64,000 bases of DNA from Macrostomum lignano (Eukaryota): the NCBI GenBank assembly GCA_002269645.1, contig NIVC01001700.1, forward strand, positions 1 through 64,000, given 5' to 3'. The notes beneath the pieces were generated by a model, which ran no database searches, was not told the DNA's origin, and saw nothing but the letters and a program-made list of their open reading frames with translations. Shown here piece after piece: positions 1 to 11,242 of the stretch. The translations under genes were made by a program, and so were the position numbers. The first letter of the stretch is position 1. Every line of letters starts with the position of its first letter.

Positions 1-110
1 CATTTGCTGGGCCAGCCTCCCAGATCCTCATTTGCTGGGCCAGCCTCCCAGATCCCAGTTACGGCCAGCCTCCCAGATCCTCATTTGCTGGGCCAGCCTC
101 CCAGATCCCC
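1..110. repeat. Short tandem repeat, unit about 28 bp (CATTTGCTGGGCCAGCCTCCCAGATCCT)
   Basis: Direct inspection; runs off the window edge. Confidence 0.75.
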
Positions 111-116
111 AGTTAC

Positions 117-394
117 TTGGGCCAGCTTCCGTGATCCCAGCCACTTCGTTCTCAAAGCATGAATCAGCGCAGTCGCACCAACCTTGGTGGGGTCCGGCGA
201 CAGCATTTGGTTGGCAGGAATTCCACCCAGCCCTGCACTCGCACCCTGATGCCGCTGGGCGTCACGTTTGTGACCTCGGCCTGATATGGCTTCATGAACT
301 CAAGGCGAGAGTTCACCTTCTGGAATGAGCGCAGGTGTTGGCAAGTCTCAGTATCATGTATGTAGCCAAAGCTCCACAGCTTGCATTTAAGGTC
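117..394 (-). CDS. Possible coding exon of an unidentified gene, with one apparent 1-nt frameshift near 210
   Basis: Acceptor gagtccag|GAC at 394 and donor CAA|gtaact at 117. The frame DLKCKLWSFGYIHD...QAEVTNVTPSGIRVRVQGWVEFLP is open. Adding one A gives NQMLSPDPTKVG...KLAQ and a 279-nt phase 0-0 exon. Confidence 0.35.
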
Positions 395-583
395 CTGGAC
401 TCGAATCCCTAATTTGCAATCTTAGTCAATACAGCAAAGATATAGAATTTTTCCACGCATCATCAAATCCCATTGTGCATACCTGAATTTTAGCGATTAC
501 CATTTAGCAGCAGTGAATGCTCAGACTAACAGGAAGGCACACACCGCACCCATCGTTTCTATGCGCTACATGTTAAAGGTACT

Positions 584-3500
584 TTAATTCATCCACTGAA
601 AAAACTGACTACTCAAAATTCCATATTTCACACTAGAACTTGCCATTCGGTCCAGTACAGCTGCAGCTGGGTAGAACGCGTGCTCAAGCAGCAGCACAAT
701 GAAGGACAGGCCCAGTGCGCAGGCCAGCACTATGAAAATGCCGGACACCTGCTCGATATGGATTGAGTTCAGCTCCTTCGCGTTGATCAGATAGTCGTTT
801 GATGAGCATTTTATCTCCGACCAGTAACTGAGTCGGGTTGGGAGGGTTGCATTTGAATTGAATGAAAGATATTATTTAATATCAATGCGCCCATTGCATA
901 GAATCTCAGGTGATGAGTTCATGGAATCCCAAGTGCTGAGCTCATGGTATCCCAGGTGATCAGCTCATGGAATCCCAAGTGCTGAGCTCATGTTATCCCA
1001 GGTGATGAGCTCATGTTATCCCAGGTGATGAGCTCATGGTATCCCAGGTGATGAGCTCATGTTATCCCAGGTGATGAGCTCATCTTATCCCAGGTGATGA
1101 GCTCATGGTATCCCAGGTGATGAGCTCATGTTATCCCAGGTGATGAGCTCATATTATCCCAGGTATCCCAGGTGATGAGCTCATAGAATCCCAGGTGATC
1201 AGCTCATGGAATCCCAGGTGATCAGCTCATTGAATCCCAAGTGCTGAGCTCATGGTATCCCAGGTGCTCAGTTCATAGAATCTCAGGTGATGAGCTCATG
1301 GGATCACAGGTGATGAGCTCATGGAATCCCAGGTGATCAGCTCATGGAATCCCAGATGATCAGCTCATGGAATCCCAGATGATCAGCTCATGGAATCCCA
1401 GGTGATAAGCTCATAGAATCCCAGGTGATGAGCTCATGGAATCCCAGGTGATGAGCTCATGTAATCCCAGGTGATGAGCTCATGGAATCCCAGGTGATCA
1501 GCTCATGGAATCCCAGGTGATAAGCTCATAGAATCCCAGGTGATGAGCTCATGGAATCCCAGGTGATGAGCTCATGTAATCCCAGGTGATGAGCTCATGG
1601 AATCCCAGGTGATCAGCTCATGGAATCCCAGGTGATCAGCTCATGGAATCCCAGGTGCTTATCTCTATAGGGGGCAGAGTCCTTCTAATGGACTCTCCGG
1701 AGGAGGACCGCACTGCGGACACCTGCACCACCGGATCTCCCTGCGCGACACCGCAGCACCGGCTGCCGTGTTCGCCAGGTGTTTAAGAAATGGGCGGCGA
1801 CGCCTCCCCGCTGTGTCGGGATGCCCGGAGCCCCCTGCAGCGCAGAGAGTGTACATGCCTGACAATGAGAAAGTCAGGGCCGCTGTACACCCTGTGTGAG
1901 CGCGTGCCTGCGTACGAATCCGAGTCAGCGGAGTGGGCCTGGGACTGGCTGTCGACTGAGATTAGCGGCAGTACCAAAGCCCCCTGCAAAATAACTGGGT
2001 AGCTCACGTGTCCTTGTACTGGTCCAGCAGACCCCGGTCAGACATGCTCTGAATCCTGTCGTTGATGGTCCGCCGGAGCTGCGGGTCCAGCCCTGCCCGC
2101 ATCGCCAGGAACAACGGCCTGTACAGCTCATTGCTGCCGGCCATCATCAGGTCGCAGGACTTCGCCACCGCGTAGCTGATTGCGGCGCCGTCGCCGACGT
2201 AAACTGGCTGCCGACCATCTGGCAGAGCCGTCTGGTTCTTTATTAGCGCCAGGGCCGCCTCCTCCGACTCGACCCACAGATCGGCGGTGGCCAGCTTCCT
2301 GTAGACAGATCCTTCAGGCTGAGCGGCCAGGATCCCGGAGCTGGTGCTGTTCTCGACCAGGACCCGGTAGTACCTGCCGCTCTGGTTGTACAGCCCGTCC
2401 AGCGAGGTGAACGGCAAAGCTCGGTTGCTGCGGATCAGCAGGAAGAAGGCGTTGGTGCCGTAAGTGGTGCAGTACATCAGCGAGGCGAACCACAGGATTA
2501 AGATGAATATCCTTGACGACGGTTTGATAGCCTTGGCGCTCAGCTTGGACATCATGAAGGATGAATAGACGAAGAACACGGACTCCGAGATGCTGAACTT
2601 CGGTCGCCTGTAATCATTCGGGCTTATCTTGTCTATGGAGTAGAGAGTCGCCGACAGGATCACGAAAGCCACGACTACGGCGAGCCAGACGTTCCAGGAG
2701 AACGGGAACAGCGGACTGAGGAAGCTCAGCTTGGGACTCTCCGCGTAGCCCATGGCCGACACGCTGGTGTACATCAGCGGCCAGGAGGAGTAGCTAACGT
2801 TTGAGTCGTTCTTGATGTTGTCTAACGGCATCTGCATGGGGTTGGCTATCAGATCGCCAGCCTGGAACAGGATTATCGAGGGATCATCAATGGATTATCA
2901 GTGGATTATCAATGGGTTATTAAGGGATTATCAGTATTATCAAGGAATTATCGAAGGATTCTCATGGTATTATCAAGATTATCAAGGGATTATCGAAGGA
3001 TTATTATGGGATTATCAAGATTATCAAGGGATTATCGAAGGTTATCAAGGGATTATCGAAGGATTATCGATGGGTTATTAATAGATTATTATGAATAATT
3101 GAGGGATAATCATGGATGTCATCAATAGATTATCCGGTAGGATTGGGATATCGGTTTTTTCTGGGAGGGACTGGCTATTCAAATCCCATCACTGACCCCT
3201 TGGCGCAGCAGCGGCAGCAGGTCGCCATTTTCAGCCACAGGCACCACGTCCCACTCGAATAGGCCGGCGCTCAGATGATTCAGCACGCTGATGCTGAAGC
3301 CGTAGTACTCAGTTGGCGAGGCCATCGTGAAGGGCTGACGCTGTAAAATTATCGGGCATTCAGGCAGAGAGATCAATCATTAATATTAAGTAATTGATTT
3401 ATATCAAAACTATTTCTGAACTCTTATCTATGGTAGCACGACTCGTATCTATGGTAGATCGACTCGCATCTATGGTAGATCGACTCGTATCTATGGTAGA

Positions 3501-6500
3501 TCGAATCATATCTATGGTAGATCGACTCATATCTATGGTAGATCGACTCATATCTATGGTAGATCGACTCGTATCTATGGTAGATCGACTCTTATCTATG
3601 GTAGAACGACTCGTACCTATGGTAGATCGACTCATATCTATGGTAGAACGACTCGTACCTATGGTAGAACGACTCGTACCTATGGTAGAACGACTCGTAT
3701 CAATGGTAGAACGACTCGTACCTATGGTAGATCGACTCATATCTATGGTAGAACGACTCGTATCTATGGTAGAACGACTCGTACCTATGGTAGATCGACT
3801 CATATCTATGGTAGAACGACTCGTATCTATGGTAGAACGACTCGTACCTATGGTAGATCGACTCATATCTATGGTAGAACGACTCGTACCTATGGTAGAT
3901 CGACTCATATCTTATCTACGCTCGTATGCACATTTGATTATTTTTTTCATTTTAATAATTATTTAGCATGATAGCTGGAGAGTAAAAGCTGCAGATGTAT
4001 TCTCAAGAATCCACTTACCATAAAGGTAAGCACGCGCAAAATTGGGAGCTTGCTTCTGAGGCCGCCTCGGATCAAAGCGATGCCGCCAGAGTTGTTCTTG
4101 GCCCAGACCCCGAACTGCGATTTTATTGAGACGAGTTGAGTCTGCTTTAATCGGTCTGGGATCTGGTGGCTTGGTTGGGGATCTGGTGGCTTGGTTGGGG
4201 ATCTGGTTGCTTGGTTGGGGATCTGGTGGCTGGGTTGGGGATCTGGTGGCTTGGTTGGGGATCTGGTGGCTGGGTTGGGGATCTGGTTGCTTGGTTGGGG
4301 ATCTGGTGGCTTGGTTGGGGATCTGGTGGCTTGGTTGGGGATCTGGTGGCTGGGTTGGGGATCAGGTGGCTTGGTTGGGGATCTGGTGGCTTGGTTGGGG
4401 ATCTTGTGGCTTGGTTGGGGATCTGGTGGCTTGGTTGGGGATCTGGTGGCTTGGTTGGGGATCTGGTGGCTTGGTTGGGGATCTGGTGGCTTGGTTGGGG
4501 ATCTGGTGGCTTGGTTGGGGATCTGGTGGCTTGGTTGGGGATCTGGTGGCTGGGTTGGGGATCTGGTGGCTGGGTTGGGGATCTGGTGGCTGGGTTGGGG
4601 ATCTGGTGGCTTGGTTGGGGATCTGGTAGCTTGGTTGGGGATCTGGTGGCTTGGTTGGGGATCTGGTGGCTTGGTTGGGGATCTGGTGGCTTGGTTGGGG
4701 ATCTGGTGGCTTGGTTGGGGATCTGGTTGCTTAGTTGGGGATCTGGTGGCTTGGTTGGGGATCTGGTGGCTTGGTTGGGGATCTGGTGGCTTGGTTGGGG
4801 ATCTGGTGGCTTGGTTGGGGATCTGGTGGCTTGGTTGGGGATCTGGTGGCTTGGTTGGGGATCTGGTAGCTTGGTTGGGGATCTGGTGGCTTGGTTGGGG
4901 ATCTGGTGGCTTGGTTGGGGATCTGGTGGCTTGGTTGGGGATCTGGTGGCTTGGTTGGGGATCTGGTTGCTTAGTTGGGGATCTGGTGGCTTGGTTGGGG
5001 ATCTGGTGGCTTGGTTGGGGATCTGGTGGCTTGGTTGGGGATCTGGTGGCTTGGTTGGGGATCTGGTGGCTTGGTTGGGGATCTGGTGGCTTGGTTGGGG
5101 ATCTGGTGGCTTGGTTGGGGATCTGGTGGCTGGGTTGGGGATCTGGTGGCTTGGTTGGGGATCTGGTGGCTTGGTTGGGGATCTGGTGGCTTGGTTGGGG
5201 ATCTGGTGGCTTGGTTGGGGATCTGGTGGCTTGGTTGGGGATCTGGTTGCTTAGTTGGGGATCTGGTGGCTTGGTTGGGGATCTGGTGGCTTTGTTGGGG
5301 ATCTGGTGGCTGGGTTGGGGATCTGGTAGCTTGGTTGGGGATCTGGTGGCTTGGTTGGGGATCTGGTGGCTTGGTTGGGGATCTGGTGGCTTGGTTGGGG
5401 ATCTGGTGGCTTGGTTGGGGATCTGGTGGCTTGGTTGGGGATCAGGTGGCTTGGTTGGGGATCTGGTGGCTTGGTTGGGGATCTGGTGGCTTGGTTGGGG
5501 ATCTGGTGGCTTGGTTGGGGATCTGGTGGCTTGGTTGGGGATCTGGTGGCTTGGTTGGGGATCTGGTTGCTTAGTTGGGGATCTGGTGGCTTGGTTGGGG
5601 ATCTGGTGGCTGGGTTGGGGATCTAGTGGCTTGGTTGGGGATCTAGTGGCTTGGTTGGGGATCTGGTGGCTGGGTTGGGGATCTGGTGGCTTGGTTGGGG
5701 ATCTGGTGGCTGGGTTGGGGATCTGGTGGCTTGGTTGGGGATCTGGTGGCTGGGTTGGGGATCTGGTGGCTTGGTTGGGGATCTGGTGGCTTGGTTGGGG
5801 ATCTGGTGGCTGGGTTGGGGATCTGGTAGCTTGGTTGGGGATCTGGTGGCTTGGTTGGGGATCTGGTGGCTGGGTTGGGGATCTGGTGGCTGGGTTGGGG
5901 ATCTGGTGGCTTGGTTGGGGATCTGGTGGCTTGGTTGGGGATCTGGTGGCTTGGTTGTGAAACCAGCAGAGGAGCTAAAGATCAGAAGCCAGAATCGCAA
6001 ATCACAACACAAGCCTCATGCATCACCTCTTCCAAGTAGGGAAGCCTGTATGACGTCATCATTGTATTGAGCTGGCTGTACAAATTCCGTCTGGTGCCGG
6101 AACTAAAGTGCAGTTGGCCCAGTATTCCATTGTAGCTTGTCTGAGTTGGATATTTATTGCTTTTATGCGTTTACAAGCGTTGGAACCAATTAAATAAACA
6201 GGAATTCAGAGATTGTACAGTTATTTGTTTACCAATAGCGCTCTCGACAGATCGAATGACAAACGGCCACCATCGACCACCTTCAGGTAGTGATTAATTG
6301 CGTCCTGCGCCATCGCCAGCGTCAGGGCATCAGGACTCGTCACATTGGACGCTGCAGACTGCAGCGCAAAGGAGAACATTGTGCAGCCCGTTCTGCGGTA
6401 CGCCAGCAGCTGACTGCTGTTGGGAAACTGCGGGAGCGGAGTGGCGACTTAATTTGATTGCTTTTTCAGCGACAACAGAACACAGCAACACAATGAAGAT

Positions 6501-9500
6501 CATTGTCATGACTTAAGACAGAGGAATTACTTTCTATTTAAGACGGGGGCTTGGGTTAGAGACTGAGCACATCTCATAGTCACTCACCAAGTCTGTGATG
6601 ATCCAGAACGATACATTTTTCATTAGACTCAGCCGGGCAGCCTGAAGAAGTGGTGTGTGATTGTGACTAGTTATTATTTAATAATTTGATTCACTAACGA
6701 TACGTATTGTTATTCTTTGCTATTCAACACCCCCGCGTTGTAACCAGAGTGCCGCTCACTTCAGGCAGTAGGGCCTCGAGCATGAGGTCGGACGTGAACA
6801 TTGTCTGGAACACTGCCGAGCTAATGTTGAATTTAAGACTGGCATTGTACAGCGAATCGCGAATAGAACCGTTCAGAAGTACCATGTGCAGGGCCTGGTC
6901 GGACAGCGAGTTCAGCAGGAAATTCACGCCTGGAACCATTGCAAATTGGCACAATTAATCATAAACTCTGAATAGTTATGCATAATCACCACACTCACAC
7001 AGGACACTGTCACTCAGAACACTGTCACTCAGGACACTGTCACTCAGAACACTGTCACTCAGGACACTGTCACTCAGGACACTGTCACTCAGGACACTGT
7101 CACTCAGGACACTGTCACTCAGGACACTGTCACTCAGGACACTGTCACTCAGAACACTGTCACTCAGGACACTGTCACTCAGGACACTGTCCCTCAGGAC
7201 ACTGTCACTCAGGACACTGTCACTCAGGACACTGTCACTCAGGACACTGTCACTCAGGACACTGTCACTCAGGACACTGTCCCTCAGGACACTGTCACTC
7301 AGGACACTGTCACTCAGGACACTGTCACTCAGGACACTGTCACTCAGAACACTGTCACTCAGGACACTGTCACTCAGGACACTGTCACTCAGGACACTGT
7401 CACTCAGGACACTGTCACTCAGGACACTGTCACTCAGGACACTGTCACTCAGGACACTGTCACTCAGGACACTGTCACTCAGGACACTGTCACTCAGGAC
7501 ACTGTCACTCAGGACACTGTCACTCAGGACACTGTCACTCAGGACACTGTCACTCAGAACACTGTCACTCAGGACACTGTCACTCAGGACACTGTCCCTC
7601 AGGACACTGTCACTCAGGACACTGTCACTCAGGACACTGTCACTCAGGACACTGTCACTCAGGACACTGTCACTCAGGACACTGTCCCTCAGGACACTGT
7701 CACTCAGGACACTGTCACTCAGGACACTGTCACTCAGGACACTGTCACTCAAGACACTGTCACTCAGGACACTGTCACTCAGGACATTGTCACCCAGAGC
7801 ACTCTCACTCATGATTGTTAAACACTTATCACTCACTGTCACTGATGTCATCGGTAACCACAATCAAAGCCTGCCGCTGAATGATGGAGTTAGTGAGCTG
7901 CTGGGCCGCCGCAATCATGTCTTCCATGTAAGAGTTCATGAGCAGCAGCGAGCTGGCATTCAGGTAGGTTGCGTCCATCAGCAGCGGGCTCTGATGGCTC
8001 GGGCTGGTGCAATAGTACGGAATGCCCAGCTCGCTGGCAATGGCTGACACTGTGCCATTGTAGCCGCCGATGATCAGGTGCGGCGGGTTCGACCTGACCG
8101 ATTCCAAGTCTGACCAAAGTTTGTCGGTGTGACCGTGTCTTTATGAAGACAATTGCAGTCTCCAGCTGCTTCACAGTTGAACATTGCATGAAACTCTCTG
8201 ACAAATTCTCCCTGACAATTCCTATCTGACAATTACTCTCTGACAATTCCTCTCTGACAATTCGTCCCTCGCGATTCTTTCCTGAAAATTCCTCTCTCAC
8301 AATTGCGCTGCTTTTTAGTGACATCCCTGTGTTTTTAGTGACATCCCTGTGTTTCTAGTGACACCCCTGTGTTTCTAGTGACACCCCTGTGTTTTTAGTG
8401 ACACCCCTGTGTTTCTAGTGACACCCCTGTGTTTTTAGTGACACCCCTGTGTTTCTAGTGACACCCCTGTGTTTCTAGTGACACCCCTGTGTTTCTAGTG
8501 ACACCCCTGGGTTTTTAGTGACACCACTGTGTTTCTAGTGACACCCCTGTGTTTTTAGTGACACCCCTGTGTTTCTAGTGACACCCCTGTGTTTTTAGTG
8601 ACACCCCTGTGTTTCTAGTGACACCCCTGTGTTTTTAGTGACACCACTGTGTTTCTAGTGACACCCCTGTGTTTCTAGTGACACCCCAGCTGTTTCTAGT
8701 GACACCTCAGCTGTTTCTAATGACACCCCGCTGTTTCTAGTGACACTCAACTGTGTTTTTAGTGACACCCCTGTGTTTTTAGTGACACCCCTGTGTTTTT
8801 AGTGACACCCCTGTGCTTTTAGTGACACCCCTGTGTTTTTAGTGACACCCCTGTGTTTTTAGTGACACCCCTGTGCTTTTAGTGACACCCCTGTGTTTTT
8901 AGTGACACCCCTGTGTTTCTAGTGACACCCCTGTGTTTCTAGTGACACCCCTGTGTTTTTAGTGACACCCCTGTGTTTCTAGTGACACCCCTGTGTTTCT
9001 AGTGACACCATTGTGTTTTTAGTGACACCCCTGTGTTTCTAGTGACACCCCTGTGTTTTTAGTGACACCCCTGTGTTTCTAGTGACACCCCTGTGTTTCT
9101 AGTGACACCACTGTGTTTCTAGTGACACCCCTGTGTTTCTAGTGACACCACTGTGTTTCTAGTGACACCCCTGTGTTTCTAGTGACACCATTGTGTTTTT
9201 AGTGACACCCCTGTGTTTCTAGTGACACCCCTGTGTTTTTAGTGACACCCCTGTGTTTCTAGTGACACCCCTGTGTTTCTAGTGACACCCCTGTGTTTTT
9301 AGTGACACCCCTGTGTTTCTAGTGACACCCCTGTGTTTCTAGTGACACCATTGTGTTTTTAGTGACACCCCTGTGTTTTTAGTGACACCCCTGTGTTTTT
9401 AGTGACACCCCTGTGTTTCTAGTGACACCCCTGTGTTTCTAGTGACACCCCTGTGTTTTTAGTGACACCCCTGTGTTTCTAGTGACACCCCTGTGTTTTT

Positions 9501-11242
9501 AGTGACACCCCTGTGTTTTTAGTGACACCCCTGTGTTTCTAGTGACACCCCTGTGTTTTTAGTGACACCCCTGTGTTTCTAGTGACACCACTGTGCTTCT
9601 AGTGACACCCCTGTGTTTCTGGTGACACCATTGTGTTTTTAGTGACACCCCTGTGTTTCTAGTGACACCCCTGTGTTTTTAGTGACACCCCTGTGTTTCT
9701 AGTGACACCCCTGTGTTTCTAGTGACACCCCTGTGTTTCTAGTGACACCCCTGTGTTTCTAGTGACACCTTGCTGTTTCTAGTGACACCCCGCTGTTTCT
9801 AGTGACACCCAGCTGTTTCTAGTGAAACCAGCTGTTTCTAGTGACACCCAGCTGTTTCTAGTGAAACCAGCTGTTTCTAGTGACACCCAGCTGTTTCTAA
9901 TGACCCCAGCTGTTTCTAGTGACACCCAGCTGTTTTTAGTGACACCCAGCTGTTTTTAGTGACACCCCTGTGTTTCTAGTGACACCCCTGTGTTTCTAGT
10001 GACACCCAGCTGTTTCTAGTGACACCCAGCTGTTTCTAGTGACACCCAGCTGTTTCTAGTGACACCCCGCTGTTTCTAGTGACACCCAGCTGTTTCTACT
10101 TTGTATGACACTCCTGTGTTTTTCCTTATGCCCTCTGAAAAAGTTTGCATTTGAAAGCACGACAGAAACTTACAGGAGCGCACCTGGACCAGAGTCTCCG
10201 GGTCGGGGCCTAAATGGAAACTGCTGACATTTATAAAAGTGATGTTGAATAATCTGGCCACCTCGGAACTGTTCAAGCTGGTTAGAGAGTTCAAAATCTT
10301 CACATCGTTGTGCACACCTGCATTCGGGTCGGAGGGTTATAAAATCATGTCTCAAAGCCTCGAAAGATAGCTTAGTTACCGCGCGAATGTGTTCCTCATT
10401 CGGACTCATCGCGCTATGCAAACGCCCCAGAAGCAATAAATTTTGCAAAATACTGAATGCCAAATTTTCTTCAATAAATTAAAATAAATCTGGGGATTTG
10501 GACGCGACTTGAATCGGTGCCAGTCGGAACGGGGGCGTGCGTTTTTTTATTTTCTCCCCCCATCTTTTCCAGGAAAAATAATAGCGCAAGCCAGAGCGTG
10601 AACGGCGTTCGTCTTTCCGGTTGGCGAGCGTTTTGAATTGCGACTGCGCCTCCAGGTTGTAATTCATTATTGGCACCGCTGTATTCGTCTGTTTGGCCCA
10701 GTTTCCAGATGAGCTGCCTTCAACCCGCCTGGCCATCGGGGCTGGCAAGGGGGCTGGAAGGGGAAAGAAATTATCCCACTAGAAAAGGCCCTGCAGCAGC
10801 GCAAAAGAAGCGCCTTGTCGAGCGCTAATCCCGGATCCGCACAGAGCAGGTCCTGCTGTCGCACAATTCGTGACAGTCCAGGCCAGCGGCAATAATCTCA
10901 CGAGCTCGTTCGAGATCAAAAACCGATCAGAAAATTTATCTATATAATAATTTATTCACCCAATAATAATTGTCCTCGCGCCTCGTCGGGCTTCGTTATT
11001 TCCAACCTCTTGGGAATGGAAAGATTTGATGCTGCATTGGACGAGGGGAGCGCTGTGTTTCTTAGAGAAGCTGGTTAATAGTTTTTCTAGATAAAAAACA
11101 TTTTCGGCAGTAAAAGGATCAGCAGTTGAAAGTTTTCCCTACCAATCTTGATAGTTTGCGACTTAGCCGCAGATGCCGCAATAGTCAGCAGTAGAATTGT
11201 CGCAAACAGAGATCTCAAGAATCCAGGATTTGGCTGCGACAT
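584..11242 (-). CDS. Divergent ionotropic glutamate receptor (iGluR)-family channel subunit, 11 exons, about 795 aa
   Basis: Exons: 11143-11242 (signal peptide MSQPNPGFLRSLFATILLLTIAASAAKSQTIKIG), 10174-10317, 7837-8109, 6760-6929, 6588-6641, 6233-6427, 6027-6140 (SYNGILGQLHFSSGTRRN, ATD end motif), 4019-4114 (LRVLTFM), 3197-3340 (RQPF, S1), 2008-2861 (GDLIANP, M1 PFSWNVW, M2, M3, S2), 584-827 (YW..C, M4 EQVSGIFIVLACALGLSFIVLLLE). All junctions are GT-AG, phases match, and the total is 2388 nt (796 codons). Some ATD boundaries could shift by a few codons. Confidence 0.9.
905..1658. repeat. Intronic minisatellite, 23-bp unit CCCAGGTGATGAGCTCATGGAAT
   Basis: Tandem copies in iGluR intron 10. 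Confidence 0.95.
1688..1841 (+). mobile_element. 3'-end fragment of the LOA-like LINE family
   Basis: Aligns with the 3' end of LINE copy 2 (GGACTCTCCGGAG...CCCTGCGCGACACCGCAGCAC...GAAATGGGCGGC...GGAGCCCCCTGCAGC). It lacks the tail. Confidence 0.8.
1842..1990 (+). mobile_element. tRNA-derived SINE family 1, 5'-truncated copy
   Basis: Contains the family core GTGTACATGCCTGAC-AATGAGAAA-GTCAGGGCCGCTGTACAC, also found near 25.2, 47.9, 53.7 and 57.4 kb. Confidence 0.7.
2871..3075. repeat. Degenerate GGATTATC(G/A)A tandem repeat
   Basis: iGluR intron 9. Confidence 0.8.
3412..3910. repeat. Intronic minisatellite, 21-bp unit TCTATGGTAGATCGACTCATA
   Basis: iGluR intron 8. Confidence 0.95.
4156..5956. 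repeat. Intronic minisatellite, 20-bp unit GGGGATCTGGTGGCTTGGTT (about 90 copies)
   Basis: iGluR intron 7. Confidence 0.97.
6995..7800. repeat. Intronic minisatellite, 15-bp unit CACTGTCACTCAGGA
   Basis: iGluR intron 3. Confidence 0.97.
8311..10100. repeat. Intronic minisatellite, 20-bp unit TAGTGACACCCCTGTGTTT(C/T)
   Basis: iGluR intron 2. Confidence 0.97.

Noticed and set aside
4126-6070. Long Trp/Gly/Leu-rich ORFs (up to 589 aa)
   Set aside because: Translations of the 20-bp intronic minisatellite; they lie wholly in iGluR intron 7 on the opposite strand.
6976-7863. His/Cys-rich (HCHSG)n and (DSVLS)n ORFs resembling a metal-binding protein
   Set aside because: A 15-bp unit is stop-free in these frames by construction, and the array is bounded by iGluR splice sites.
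10380-10463. Extra iGluR exon (SPNEEHIRA)
   Set aside because: Its phase does not fit; exon 1 (11143-11242) splices in phase directly to 10317.
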